Positions 24,757 through 37,423 of a stretch of DNA of 47,587 bases are shown here, in pieces. The stretch is from the NCBI RefSeq assembly GCF_006345805.1, contig NW_021834557.1:1-47587 (forward strand), read 5' to 3'. The notes under the pieces were generated by a model. It searched no databases. It was given only the letters and a program-made list of their open reading frames with translations, and was not told the origin of the DNA. Position 1 is the first letter of the stretch. Each line of letters opens with the position of its first letter. The position numbers and the translations under genes were made by a program. The DNA is from Octopus sinensis (taxonomy: Eukaryota).

Positions 24757-25099
24757 ATCCCACTAACAACATGCTTCGTGTTCCCTCAAGGCAATGATCA
24801 TCAAAATATGTCGAAATATTGAACAAATTTCCAGTTTCTTTCTATCACCAGTGCTTAGCCTGTAATTAAGGTGAGATAAACAGTATTTTTTTTAAACACA
24901 CACACACACGCACGTACATACACTTCGTATTTTCTTACCCTCCTTTCAATGGCTGATATGGGTTTTGAAGTCCTCACGTTCACCGTCTAAGCCTTCATTA
25001 GTGGGATAATCCTCTGCTTTCTAATCCCGATTGTTCAATGGCAATTTTATGTTTGACATGGCCGAAAAAATGTCCTTAAAGCCAGTGGACACCCTTTCT

Positions 25100-25680
25100 T
25101 CTTTTCTCATTTTATTTCTCTCCTCCTTTTCTTCTTCCTCTCTTCCTTCCTTCCTTCCTTCCTTCTTTACTTCCTTTCATTCTTTCTTCCTTTCCTTCTT
25201 CCTTTCTTTTTTTCTTTCTTTTCTTCTTCCTCTCTTCCTTCCTTCCTTCTTTACTTTCTTTTTTTCTTTCTTCCTTTCCTTCTTCCTTTCTTTTTTCGTT
25301 TCTTTTCTTCTTCCTCTCTTCCTTCCTTCCTTCTTTACTTTCTTTCTTTCTTTCTTCCTTTCCTTCTTCCTTTCTTTTTTCTTTCTTTTCTTCTTCCTCT
25401 CTTCCTTCCTTCCTTCTTTACTTTCTTTATTTCTTTCTTTCCTTCTTCCTTTCTTTTCTTTCTTTTCTTCTTCTCTTCTTTCTTTCTTTCCTTCTTCCTC
25501 TCTTTCTTCCTTCTTTACTTCCTTTCATTCTTTCTTCCTCCCTTCCTTTCTTTTGTTGCTTTCGACGCTCTCTTTCCCCTTCAAATTTCTGCATCGCCTC
25601 CTCCTTCTTCCACCACCACCACCACCACCACCACCACCACCACCACCACCACTACCACCACTACTACTTCCGCCTTCGTC
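25100..25680. repeat. Polypyrimidine minisatellite (~85-bp period, ~5 units) followed by (CCA)n
   Basis: Recurrent cttcctctcttccttccttc..ttctttactt. Confidence 0.85.
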
Positions 25681-26099
25681 TGTTCTCTGCCCATTGTCCA
25701 GTTGATCTCCGCCCCGTTCAAATGATGTTATTAAATGGATGGGGACAAAACCTCTTTCAGTCTTAAAGTTCATAAAATCACTGACTTCCTGTGGCGCTCT
25801 CATCTTTCTTCCGCTTCTTAATCCCATCTTTCTCTCCCCTCTCCCCTCCCCTTCACTTGTTTTCTACCCCGCCCCCATCAACCCCCTCTCTCTCATTCCC
25901 CTTTTTCTCTGCATTTCTCTATTCTTCCTTCTATTCTATACTTTCTTTACCTCATGCTCTTCCTCTCTCTCTTTCTCCTCCCCTCTCTGTTACTGTAGTT
26001 CGCTTTCCTCTTCCTCCTCTTTCTCTTTCTCACTCATTCCACACCTCTTACTCTCTTCCTCTCACTCACTCTCACTCTCTCTCTCTCCTTTATTTCTTG

Positions 26100-26269
26100 T
26101 ATCCATCATCATCACCATCATCATCGTCAATTTCTTTTCCTTCTTCTTCTTTCGCTATTGCTATTGATGTTGCTTCTGCTTCTCCTTTTCTCCATCATCA
26201 TCATCATCATCGTTGTCGTTTGTCTTCGCCGTCGTGTAATCGTTCTCCTCGTCATCGTCATCCTCATCC

Positions 26270-26310
<41 letters not shown>

Positions 26311-26600
26311 GTCGTCGTAGTCATCATCATCGTCATCATCATAATCATCATCATCATCGTCGTCGTCGTCGTCATCATCATCATCATCACCATCATCATC
26401 AACATCATCATCATCATCATCGTCATCATCATCATCATAATCATCATCATAATCATCATCTTCATCATCATCGTCGTCGTCGTCATCATCATCATCATCA
26501 TCATCGTCGTCGTCGTCGTTGTCTTCGTCTTCGCCGTCGTGTCATCGTTCTCCACGTCGTCATCCTCCTCCTCATCATCATCATCAACATCATCATCATC
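26100..26600. repeat. (CAT/CGT)n microsatellite with an internal ~60-bp duplication
   Basis: gtcttcgccgtcgtgt.atcgttctcc at ~26222 and ~26527. Confidence 0.9.
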
Positions 26601-26699
26601 ATTTCAGCAATGGTTACATAATTAAAATTTTTTTAAATCCATCTTCTTCATTATTCGTTAATGAAATATCAATATGGCCAACGGTAAATAAGTAAGACT

Positions 26700-26743
26700 T
26701 CCTCGAAACAAACCCAAGCAACGCCGGGCAATACTGCTAGTAT
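26700..26743 (-). mobile_element. 5' end of a HINE-like element
   Basis: Minus strand ACTAGCAGTATTGCCCGGCGTTGCTTGGG. Confidence 0.4.
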
Positions 26744-26752
26744 AAAATAAAA

Positions 26753-26870
26753 TGCAAAATGGGACAAGAACGCAAAACGGGACAACAAAACATCCAGATA
26801 GACGATACAAAAAAACACAGAAGCCTTTTAGTCAAGAACCGGATCATCCTCGCAATTTCGGCTGATATGT
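26753..26870. repeat. Second copy of the dispersed repeat at 19150
   Basis: Direct similarity within the window. Confidence 0.55.
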
Positions 26871-26986
26871 GCATATATATACACGCTCGCGCGCGCACAC
26901 GCAAATACAAGCATGTGTATATATATATGCATATAGAGGTAGACAGATGAGTATATGTGTGGTTGTGTGTGTGTAAGTATAAATGC

Positions 26987-27021
<35 letters not shown>

Positions 27022-27202
27022 ATATATATATTAATATATAAATATAAATACACGTATGTATATATATTTATATCTATGTGTGTGTATATATATATATAGT
27101 CAATTCAATTACACAAACAATTCAAATAGCCATAAAAACGGACAACATCAGAACGTGCCTAAGAAGACATGCATTGGCTGGACACTCAGAGTTGGAAAGA
27201 GA

Positions 27203-27238
27203 GTTTGACGTTACGAGTATCGCTCTTCGTCGGGAAGG
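27203..27238 (-). ncRNA. Decayed hammerhead-like motif
   Basis: Minus strand CCGACGA-AGAGC-GATA-CTC-GTAAC-GTC; two core substitutions, likely inactive. Confidence 0.3.
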
Positions 27239-27562
27239 AGAAAGGGAAAAATCCAAAGAAGTAAAAATATCACTAACAGCGCGTGTGTAGTTATATATAT
27301 ATGTGTGTGTATGTGTGTGTATTAAGATAAAACTTACTTGGGCACAGGACGTCATGAGACGTGTAAAACAAAAATGTACGAAGCACGAGTACATGGAACA
27401 TGAACTATTCTTTAGAAACACGAAAGACACAAATTGAAAACCAAACAAACAACATAAGAAACGACCGTTCATCAGTCGTTGGCTGTTTTTCTAGTCTCGT
27501 GTTTCGAGCATTTAACAACAATGTACGCTTTCGATAAAATAGCTATATACATATATATATAT

Positions 27563-27617
<55 letters not shown>

Positions 27618-27704
27618 GAGAAAATGTACTGAACGCATTCTGTGGGCTGTGCCAAATATCCTTATTCACAAGTGGTTTTGCCTCTCCCATTGACAAATAT
27701 TCAG

Positions 27705-27796
27705 TATGCGAGGATATCAGCAACAAATTCTTATACAAAATATTAGCAATGGATATATGTTCCGTCACTTAAAAAAAGGCCATGCTGTAGCTACGC
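27705..27796 (+). CDS. Candidate exon 3 (F-MRGYQQQILIQNISNGYMFRHLKKGHAVAT)
   Basis: Pyrimidine tract plus ttcag acceptor at 27703-04; phase-2 start matches exon 2; donor GTGAGG at 27797 gives phase 1, matching exon 4. Alternative donor GTATAT at 27802. Confidence 0.55.
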
Positions 27797-28187
27797 GTGA
27801 GGTATATTGCGATTCAGAAAATCACGATATTCTAGCGTTGCTAGACTGTGCTTGCTCGGGGGCGGCCCTTCTATCTGCCGCCCCGGGACCCCACAAAAAA
27901 ACTCATTGCCTGCAGCAGACCTAAAAGTGGTGCTCCTTTAAAAGTGCAGCCCGGGGCGGACCGCTCTTGCTGCACACCCATCCCACCCACTCAACTACAT
28001 TAGTGCACGATATATCAAGTGAAAGTCAGTGAAGGTAAATGGTAATGAAATAAACAAATACATGATTAGATAACATGTACATATTATGTGTGACTGTTGT
28101 GTGTTTGCATGCGTGGGTAATGCGGTATTGAGCACTCATTCTCACTGTTGGATATAAACATATACGGAGGCACCTATAAACATATAC

Positions 28188-28492
28188 GGAGGCGCAATGG
28201 CCCAGTGGTTAGGGCAGCGGACTCGCGGTCGGAGGATCGCGGTTTCGATTCCAAGACCGGGCGTTGTGTGTGTTTATTGAGCGAAAACACCTAAAAGCTC
28301 CACGAAGCTCCGGCAGGGATGGTGGTGATCCTTGCTGTACTCTTTCACCACATTTTCTCTCACTCTTTCTTCTGTTGGCCTGCTCACTTAGCCAGCGGGG
28401 TGGCGTCGTTCGAAGGTTAAAACAATGCAAACGCATTGTGACCAGCGAGGTGTATCAACATCTGATGGTCTGGTCGGTCACGTGATCACGTG
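28188..28492 (+). mobile_element. SINE family C (tail type i) with TSD ataaacatatac
   Basis: tRNA-like head ggaggcgcaatggcccagtggttagggcagcggactcg..ggtttcgattcc. Confidence 0.95.
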
Positions 28493-28988
28493 ATAAACAT
28501 ATACATACATAAACACACACACAATATAAATACGCAGAAACACGCGTGTAATGTAGTAAGCTGAAAATTTTAGGTGACTAATTTGAACCCCTTATTTAGA
28601 AGAGAGAAACTCACTTTGGGACGGAGGGGTTTAATATCAGGAACGAGTAACTTCTTTAATAAAAAATGCTGAAACAGTTGAACAACTCATTTAAGAAAAT
28701 CGAAATATACGAAATATCTTCCCCGGTTTGTGACATTTAGAAATCGTATCAGACTTTCTATTGAAGTTGTAAAGGAATTATTTTCCATCTGTGTAACTGT
28801 CGTGGTAATGTGTAAAAAATTTTGCAGAAAACTAAAATTAAATCTGGGAGCATGAATGTTTTCCATACTGCGATCATATAAATACCATATATGGTTCGAT
28901 ATTGATTTGGTATTCCTTTTGTCATCATGCCTAAAAGTGGATGTTTGATTTAATCACCGTCGCTTGAAATTTCCGTCTCACATTCCAG

Positions 28989-29072
28989 TGTATGATTTAG
29001 GGAAACTGAGAATCTTCGGGGGTTTCCGACCGTTACTCGGTTTCATGCATATTTGCGTGTCTATCTGTTTGT
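28989..29072 (+). CDS. Candidate exon 4 (L-YDLGKLRIFGGFRPLLGFMHICVSICL)
   Basis: Acceptor tttccgtctcacattccag at 28987-88; open only in phase 1 (other frames hit early stops); donor GTAAGT at 29073; 84 nt. Confidence 0.5.
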
Positions 29073-29099
29073 GTAAGTGTAAAGAAGAGAGATATGGAT

Positions 29100-29225
29100 A
29101 GGCATAGATGACTCGGCGTGGTTAGAAGCTTGCTTCTAAACTACATGTTTCAGTTTCAAATCCTACTGTGGGGCACATTAAGGCAAATATTTTCTATTAT
29201 AACCACGGGTTTACCGAACCACTAT
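29100..29225 (+). mobile_element. SINE family A head, diverged
   Basis: Similarity to other copies. Confidence 0.6.
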
Positions 29226-29599
29226 GCCACATTTATTTGTGTATATACATACATATATATTTTTATAAATATATATACATATATATACATACACACATGC
29301 TCTCTCTCACTTTCTCCCCATTCATCACCCTCTGGTACTGTCTTATATCCCTCCCCACCACTACACACTCAATAACACTATAAAATGTTAAAAGATTGTT
29401 CCACAAGAACTTAGTTCAATTTGAAAACTCCACCAGAATGAACGAAAGCACTAATATATGATATATAATATAAGTTATATGATGTATAAAAACATGTAAT
29501 ATACAAATAAATATATGTAAATATAAAACCATCCAGATTTCTGAGTACCTCATTTCTCCTAATATAAAATACCTGTACATCATCTCCAAACCTTCTAAT

Positions 29600-29672
<73 letters not shown>

Positions 29673-29958
29673 CATACATAGGGAGATAGAGAGACAGATA
29701 GACAGACAAATAGACAGTGAGGGCGAGATAGATTGATTGATACATAGATTTATGTGCATGGGTGTTTGTTCGCCATCACCGCCTTGGTTCGTTTACGTCG
29801 TCGTGACTTAGCAGTTTGTTAGAAGAACTCGATAAAATAAATACCAAGCTTTTAAACAAAATACCCGATTATGGTTGTAGTCGAATGACTAAAATACGTA
29901 AAGGATATAATTTAAACGCGTTACGATCCACCGTCCTGCCTTATGAAAGAATACTAGG

Positions 29959-30425
29959 AAGGAAGCACTCCGTCGGTTACGACGACGAGTGTTCCGGTTG
30001 ATCCGAATCAACGGAACAGCCTGCTCGTAAAATTAACGTGTAAGTGGCTGAGCACTCCACAGACACGTGTACCCTTAACGTAGTTCTCGGGGATATTCAG
30101 CGTGACACAGAGAGTGACAAGACCGGCCCTTTGAAATACAGGTACAACAGAAACAGGAAGTAAGAGTGAGAGAAAGTTGTGGTGAAAGAGTACAGCAGGG
30201 ATCACCACCATCCCCTGCCGGAGCCTCGTGGAGCTTTAGGTGTTTTCACATGATTCCGGGTTCAGTTCCCCCTCCGTGACATCTTGGGCAAGTGTCTTTT
30301 ACTAAAGCCTCAGGTTAACCAAAGCCTTGTGAGTGGATTTAGTATGCGGAAACTGAAAGAAGCTCGAAACCGCGATCCTACAACCGCGAGTCCGCTGCCC
30401 TAACCACTGGGCCATTGCGCCTCCA
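29959..30425 (-). mobile_element. SINE family C (tail type ii) with an embedded SINE A piece (30248-30364 +)
   Basis: Head at 30365-30425; tail ends cgtcgtaaccgacggagtgc. Confidence 0.85.
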
Positions 30426-30757
30426 CTCCGAAAGAATACTAGAGCCTTGGGTGTAATTTTTTCCCCCATCAAATTATTTAAGTGCAACTGTTGTTATTTC
30501 AAATTAGATTTAAATGAAATCTTATTAACGTGGAAGCAATGCTCCGTAATGATACGTACACAGTAATAGACAGACACACAACGATATACAGAGTAATAGA
30601 GAGACACGCGAAGATATACAATAAGCACAGCCGACAGCAGTTTTAACTACGTTTAAGTTACTAGTGCCATTTACCTACCTGCCTCGTAAATGAATGCTTT
30701 AAGCATTGACGACCGCGTACGCCATTGCAACGGATATATAAATACATTTATATATAC

Positions 30758-30789
<32 letters not shown>

Positions 30790-30833
30790 GTGTATGTATA
30801 TATGCATGTATGTATTGGTTACTTTCGAATGTG

Positions 30834-30915
<82 letters not shown>

Positions 30916-32008
30916 GTGTATACAAGCCTGGGTTGCTTGTCTAAAAGTGAAAGAATTTATCAAGACTTTGGAATGCGTTAATGTTTTGTTAATTTTCTTT
31001 TAATATATTAAGGAAGTGCATTTGAAGAAGAAGAAGAAGAAGAAGAAGAAGAAGAAGAAGAAGAAGGCGGAGGAGGAGGAGGCGGTGGAGGCGGAGGAGA
31101 AGAAGAAGAAGAAGAAGAAGAAGAAGAAGAAGAAGAAGAAGCGAAATCTTAATAACAATAATAGTAATAATGAGGCTGCTGCTGATGATGATGACGATGA
31201 TGGAGGCGCTCGCGTTTCAATTAATTAAAATTAGTTTGGACGTTAACTATTACGCGTGGGCCGTGATTGACATTCGGCCTTTGGCCTTTCTTCCATGCAT
31301 AATACCTCACCGTCACTTCCTTGAAGCAACACTTGACGTATTATTGTAGCATGTATCGTTGTTGTTGTTGTTGTTGTTACCTTAGTCATGTGCTTATTGT
31401 GATCGAGCATACCAATGATGAAAGGCAGTTCCAGCCACGACAATCCCGTTTTTTTTTTATTTTCTATACCAGGTATTTCGTATATTCTTTAAACAATACT
31501 TAATGACTGTCTCCTTATTTGGGGTTACAGAGTGGGGTTTTAGGAAGTTGTATGGCTGCATATAACACCCCCCCCCCCCACGTTAGCTCGTAATGTTCTT
31601 ATTCTTTCATGTATTGTAGAAATAATTTGATTTACGGAAGCTTTCCCCGCTATTTCTTGCAATTTAAGTGAATACATATAATGCTCTTTTGTTAACTCGT
31701 AGCGGCTTCACTTTTCAATGGATTGTCAAAACGATTTGATTGAAGAAAGATTTGACTGCTTTATCAATTGCGACAATTGACCCCTATGAAACCCGCCCCA
31801 ACATTCTTATCTCATAGAGGACTTTGCTAAGGATCTCTATGAGTGAGATGATTTTTTATTATATCTCTAAACAAAACTCTCTATGAAATCTGAAGCAGAG
31901 TTGACTGCTACTTCTACTTTGAGAATCGATTGCATTTCATCCGATCTTGCTAGACGTGGAAGTCATTTTATGGATTGTCGAAATAGATGTGTCTCAGAAT
32001 ATAGTTAA

Positions 32009-32236
32009 GGCGGCGAGCTGGCAGAAACGTTGGCACGCCGGGCGAAATGCTTAGCAGTATTTCGTCTGCCTCTACGTTCTGAGTTCAAATTCTGCCGAGG
32101 TCGACTTTGCCTTTCATCATTTCGGGGTCGATTAAATAAGTACCAGTTACGCACTGGGGTTGATATAATCGACTTAATCCGTTTGTCCTTGTTTGCTCCC
32201 TCTGTGTGTAGCCCCTTGTGGGTAGTAAAGAAATAA
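32009..32236 (+). mobile_element. SINE family B, full length
   Basis: Near-identical to 10487-10721. Confidence 0.95.
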
Positions 32237-32459
32237 GAATATAATTACGTATCTTGAAGCATGAATTTAAAATTCCACCGAGAGTGTCTTAGATCGTATC
32301 AGGACAATTACACCTCCCTAGGACAATTACCTCCACCCCCCTTAGAACAATTCCTCCCGACAACAACTACCCCCTAGGGCAATTACAACTCATGGTTAAT
32401 CACCCCACTCTCCAATATATACAAGAGTTTTAAATCCTCATCTCTTGTTCTCAGGGGAA

Positions 32460-32551
32460 GCCCGCAAAGCTCAGTCGGTAGAGCATCAGACTTTTAAGAA
32501 CTGTCGAGTGATGAAATCTGAGGGTCACGGGTTCAAGTCCCTCTGCGAGGG
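32460..32551 (+). tRNA. Intron-containing tRNA-Lys(UUU) gene, probably a pseudogene
   Basis: GCCCGCAAAGCTCAGTCGGTAGAGCATCAGACTTTTA [19-nt intron 32497-32515] ATCTGAGGGTCACGGGTTCAAGTCCCTCTGCGAGGG. 73 nt after intron removal; D and anticodon stems intact; acceptor stem 5/7 and T stem 3/5 paired. Confidence 0.85.
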
Positions 32552-32562
32552 ATATGATTTAT

Positions 32563-32728
32563 AGGCGTAGGAGTGGCTGTGTGGTAAGTAGCTTGCTTAC
32601 CAACCACATGGTTCTGGGTTCATTCCCACTGCGTGGCACCTTGGGCAAGTGTCTTCTACTATAGCGTCTGGCCAACCAAAGCCTTGTGAGTGGATTTGGT
32701 AGACGGAAACTGAAAGAAGCCCGTCGTA

Positions 32729-32791
<63 letters not shown>

Positions 32792-33040
32792 ATATTATAT
32801 ATATATATATGCATGTGTATGTGTATAAGTTTGTGTCTGTGTTTGTCCCCCGAACATCGATTGACGACCGATGCTGTTGTGTTTACGTTCCCGTAACTTA
32901 GCGGCTCGGCAAAAGACCGATAGAATAAGTACTAGATTTACAAAGAATAAGTCCTGGGCTCGATGTTCTCTACTAAAGGCAGTGCTCCATCATGACCACA
33001 GTCGAATGACTGAAACAAGCAAAAGAGCAAAGAGTAAAAG
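32563..33040 (+). mobile_element. SINE family A, full length
   Basis: Inserted ~11 bp after the tRNA-Lys. Confidence 0.95.
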
Positions 33041-33199
33041 AGGGATAATTGACCTTCTGGGGTGGGGTATTGTCCATGGAGTGTTAACGTCATAAACTCT
33101 CTTAGACTTGAATGCTTCCAATGGATGAGTGGATCAATGAAATGATACCAGTTAAATACTGGGGTTGGTTTATTTCACTGTATAATCCTTTATGGTTGT

Positions 33200-33562
33200 C
33201 TTTTATATCTTTTACTCGTTTTAGTTATTAGACTGCGGTCATGCTGGGGCACTACCATCGAAAATTTTTAGTGGTATTCTTTAAAGCCTGGTATTTATTC
33301 CATCGCTTTTCTTTTGCCGAACTACTAAGTTGCAGTGATGTAAAAACACCAACACCGGTTGTCAAGCAGTGGGTGTTGGGAAAACACTGACACAAAGACA
33401 CGCACACATAGAGATGTATATACGACGAGCTTCTTTCAGTTTCCGCATACTAAATCCATTCACAAGGCTTTGGTTAACCTGAGGCTTTAGTAAAAGACAC
33501 TTGCCCAAGATGTCACGGAGGGGGAACTGAACCCGGAATCATGTGGTTCCAGATAAAGCTTC
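33200..33562 (-). mobile_element. SINE family A
   Basis: Inverted relative to 32563-33040. Confidence 0.85.
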
Positions 33563-33803
33563 TGGATGTCAACGATACAATTGTTTAATTTTGAAATGAC
33601 CTTCTAGGGTAGGTGTGAGAAGATGGACATGTGGCGGTTTGCCTGATGAAACATCGTTAGAACAGCTGTATAAGTATATCGGTGAAGTAGAGTCGGAAAT
33701 TCAGGTTGAAGCCGTGATTTCAAAGTTCAAACCTTTTCAGACTCAGTTATGCTTTTTCAACTTTATTTATAGGCATCTTCACTATACGTGCACGAGCACA
33801 CAC

Positions 33804-33834
<31 letters not shown>

Positions 33835-33958
33835 TACACACACACACACGCACACACACACACACACTGTGCGCTGGTGAGTGAGGTATGTGTTACATGT
33901 CTGCTTCAGATATTGCTTCTGAGATTTGTGTTTATATAAATGTATATGTGTGTATATA

Positions 33959-33998
<40 letters not shown>

Positions 33999-34106
33999 GT
34001 ACATATGTATATGTATGCATATGTATATGTGTATGTGTATACATATATGTATGTATGTCTATATGTACGTATATGTCTATATGTGTGTATATATATATAT
34101 ATAAAA

Positions 34107-34568
34107 GCACAGGTGTGGTTGCATGGTAAGGGGTTTGCTTAACAATCATTTAGTTCCGGGTTCAAACCCATTGTGTGGCATCTTGGATAAGTGTCTTCTA
34201 CTATAGCCTAAGGCCGAGCAAAGCCTGTCGAGTGCATTTTGGAGATGAAAACTGAAAGAAGCCTGTCGTATATAAATATTAATATATATATATATACACG
34301 TATACACACACACATATGCATTTATATACGTGTGCGCGCGTGTGTGTATCTTTCTGTCTGTATTTGTCCCCACCACCGGTGTTGATGTGTTTACGTCTCC
34401 CGTGACGTAGCGGTTCGGCAACAGATATCCGATAGAACATGGACCAAGCTTTAAAAAAAAAAACAAACAAAAAAATGTCCTGGAGCCGATGCCTACGACT
34501 AAAATTCTTCAAAGCGGTGCCCCAGCTTGGCCGCAGTCTCATGACTGAAACAAGTAAAAGGTAAAAGA
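34107..34568 (+). mobile_element. SINE family A
   Basis: Similarity to other copies. Confidence 0.85.
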
Positions 34569-34799
34569 TTTTTTAAAAATTAGCAAAAGAAAAAAAAAAA
34601 AGCAGAAAGCAATTTGCCATCTTCCTTTGTAGCGCATCTCTATTATTCGTTTGTCCATTTATTCCTAAATTCCTTCATTCTTCCATTCCGTCATTCCTCC
34701 TAATCCCCGAATCATCATCCATCTCGTGTTATTCATTCGCGAACGTCTTTTTATCATCAACGGCGCTCGTCGTATCTTGTTTGTTTATCAGTGAAGTGT

Positions 34800-35292
34800 T
34801 GACAAGTCAGAGATGACCTTCCATTAATATTACGGAAAGATTAATTGATTTAATAAGACCAGATGACTGGGAATTGCTTCCAGCCATCTTGTTGGCAATT
34901 TGTAAGTTAAGACAAGCTTTCAACGTAGATGCTCGCTCCAATAAGCGTGCGTGCGCGTGGGTCTGATGTATGTGACAGGTGCTCGTGGAGGTGGTGGTGG
35001 TGGTATTGTGCGCACGCGTGTATGAGTCTATGTATGTACAAGTGTGTACGTGTCTGCGTGTGTGTGTGTGTATCTATGCGTGTGAATAAAGATAAGAGGA
35101 TCTATGATGGTATTTACCATATTTTTTCCTGCGTGGAAAAAGTCCTGTTTTTTTATTATATATTATATATATATATATATATATACTGATATATATATAA
35201 ATATATACATATAAATATATACATATAAATATATATATATATATATATAAATACTTGCCGGGTCATAGTGCTAGTGCATGTATTTATATATA

Positions 35293-35342
<50 letters not shown>

Positions 35343-35353
35343 ATATATATATA

Positions 35354-35388
<35 letters not shown>

Positions 35389-35915
35389 ATATTACATGTA
35401 CACCTATATATATACATCTACACAGAAAATACAAAATACAAAGTTATATCTTCATATCGCTAGTGATAACAATACTCAAAATATATAACAAACTGGTATT
35501 GTAGGCCCGTCGCTTGCAATTTCGATCAATTGTATCTTGTCATCTCTCTTCTAAAGAAGTGTGGCTACAATCCAGCCTACATCTACTACTGGGTGGACAT
35601 TTTTCTTTTTTATCCGGGACGTCCTACGCCTCTGGTTAGATATCTTTCATAGTCGCACCAAGACACTTTTCGATGGTGCTTTCCTCCAGGTGTTCAAATC
35701 TTTTTTTTTTCTCTATATTGTATACTTTATAGACAATAGTCTTTTCTTTAATTTAATTTTTTATTTCGTTTTGTGGTGTTATCCTAGATTCACCGTCTTT
35801 GTCGGTGATCAATCCGAAATAGGTTTGTATTTCTTCCATTTTAATTTTAATGAGTTCGCGCACGCCGACGGCTGCAGCGAAATACATTTTTGGACTTTCT
35901 ACTATCGAAGGCATT
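34800..35915 (-). mobile_element. Possible decayed LINE ORF1 fragment, split by microsatellites
   Basis: Long mostly open minus frame 35915-35630 (MPSIVESPK..IVYKVYNIE..EESTIEKCLG) with stops, and a second piece ~34800-34915; family assignment from weak recollection only. Confidence 0.3.
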
Positions 35916-36399
35916 CTAACAAAAATGCTTCCGTGTAAACGGTGAAAATATTGTCAATTTCCTCAAACAAGGACACAATTCAATTTTTAAGCAATAACCA
36001 AAGCTCCTTCTCCCAATGGGGGAGGGTTGCAGTTTACAATTATTTAACAAATGCAACACAACAAAGTTTCCCTTATGAGGAACCAACAAACGTGATAACA
36101 ATAATTAAACAGTAATAATGATAACAACAAACCTAACGGTAAATCAAAAGGCAGTACGCTGTTGAAGCTATAGTCCTTTATGTATAATAGTCCATCTGGA
36201 CTATTCCATTTCTGCACGCTAATTTTATTTTTAATTTATTCTCATTCACCACTTATTCAAGTTCAAGTCATTGATGCAATTTTATACCAATTGCTATTTT
36301 TCCTTTTTTTTATGTTACGATTATATTATACTTTACTTTGATTTGAATTATTACTTACTACATATAATTCATTTATTATTATTATTTCTAATTTTTATT

Positions 36400-36782
36400 G
36401 TTAAAGTGAAAGTGTCTGACATAAAATAGAGAAATGTTTTTGTTTCACTTTTAACACGTAATGCTGAAATAGTGGAGAAGATATGATATTGTTATGGGCT
36501 CGCCCTAGGCAAGACGTTGAACATTTGTTTTGCCCATGAAACAACATGGACGCTAAGTAAGGCATGTGTAAAATTTTAATGCAATCGGTTGTGTAGTTCT
36601 CAAGTTTTAGGGAATCGTAGTGGAGAAGATATGATATTGCTGTGGGCTCGCCCTAGGCAAAAAGCAAAAAATTTCTTTGCCGATGACACTCCCCGGATCC
36701 TAAGTAAGGCATGTGTAAAATTTAGATGAAATTGGTTGTGTAGTTCTAAGGTTTTAGGGAAACACACAGACAGACACACATT

Positions 36783-36790
<8 letters not shown>
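36400..36790 (+). mobile_element. Helitron/Helentron-associated non-autonomous (HINE-like) 3' portion with ~150-bp tandem duplication
   Basis: Two copies starting tagtggagaagatatgatattg (~36470, ~36619); ends gtaaaattt..aatcggttg..acagacagacacacattc. Confidence 0.5.
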
Positions 36791-36876
<86 letters not shown>

Positions 36877-36886
36877 GAGAGGGCGG

Positions 36887-37045
36887 GGCGCAGGCGTGGC
36901 TGTGTGGTAAGAAGCTTGCTTCCCAACCACATGGATTCGGGTACCTTGGGCAAGTGTCGTCTACTATATTCTCTGCTATATTCTCGGGCCGACCAATCCC
37001 TTGTGAGTGGATTTAGTAGACAGAACCTGAAAAGAAACCCTTCGT
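36887..37045 (+). mobile_element. SINE family A head
   Basis: Similarity to other copies. Confidence 0.8.
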
Positions 37046-37080
37046 ATATGTATGTATATATGTATGTATATATGTATGTA

Positions 37081-37159
<79 letters not shown>

Positions 37160-37392
37160 TATTTATATATATATATATATACGTACAATAATTATATATT
37201 ATATTTACGGATAAATTCCTCTATTTACATAATATCGAGATCTCTTTCATTCTTTTGTTGTCTTACCATTTCTATTAATAAATATATATATATCAATAAA
37301 TATATAGATTTGTTTTGTCTTTGCCAAATTAACGCATACTCTACGTAGCCTATGGATGTCTACACCTGAACGTACGTATGTATGTCCACAAG

Positions 37393-37421
<29 letters not shown>

Positions 37422-37423
<2 letters not shown>

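Noticed and set aside
25700-25770. Candidate exon DLRPVQMMLLNGWGQNLFQ
   Set aside because: Phase incompatible with its neighbours, weak donor, and the pyrimidine tract is explained by adjacent repeats.
25031-26621. ORFs of 224 and 276 aa (Ser/Phe/Leu- and His-rich)
   Set aside because: Pure low-complexity repeat translations.
32300-32390. CRISPR-like array of short repeats
   Set aside because: Degenerate units without unique ~30-nt spacers, in a eukaryotic context; better explained as subterminal repeats.
33615-33770. Protein-like ORF (EQLYKYIGEVESEIQVEAVISKF)
   Set aside because: Joining it to exon 4 creates a stop; begins in repeat-like sequence.
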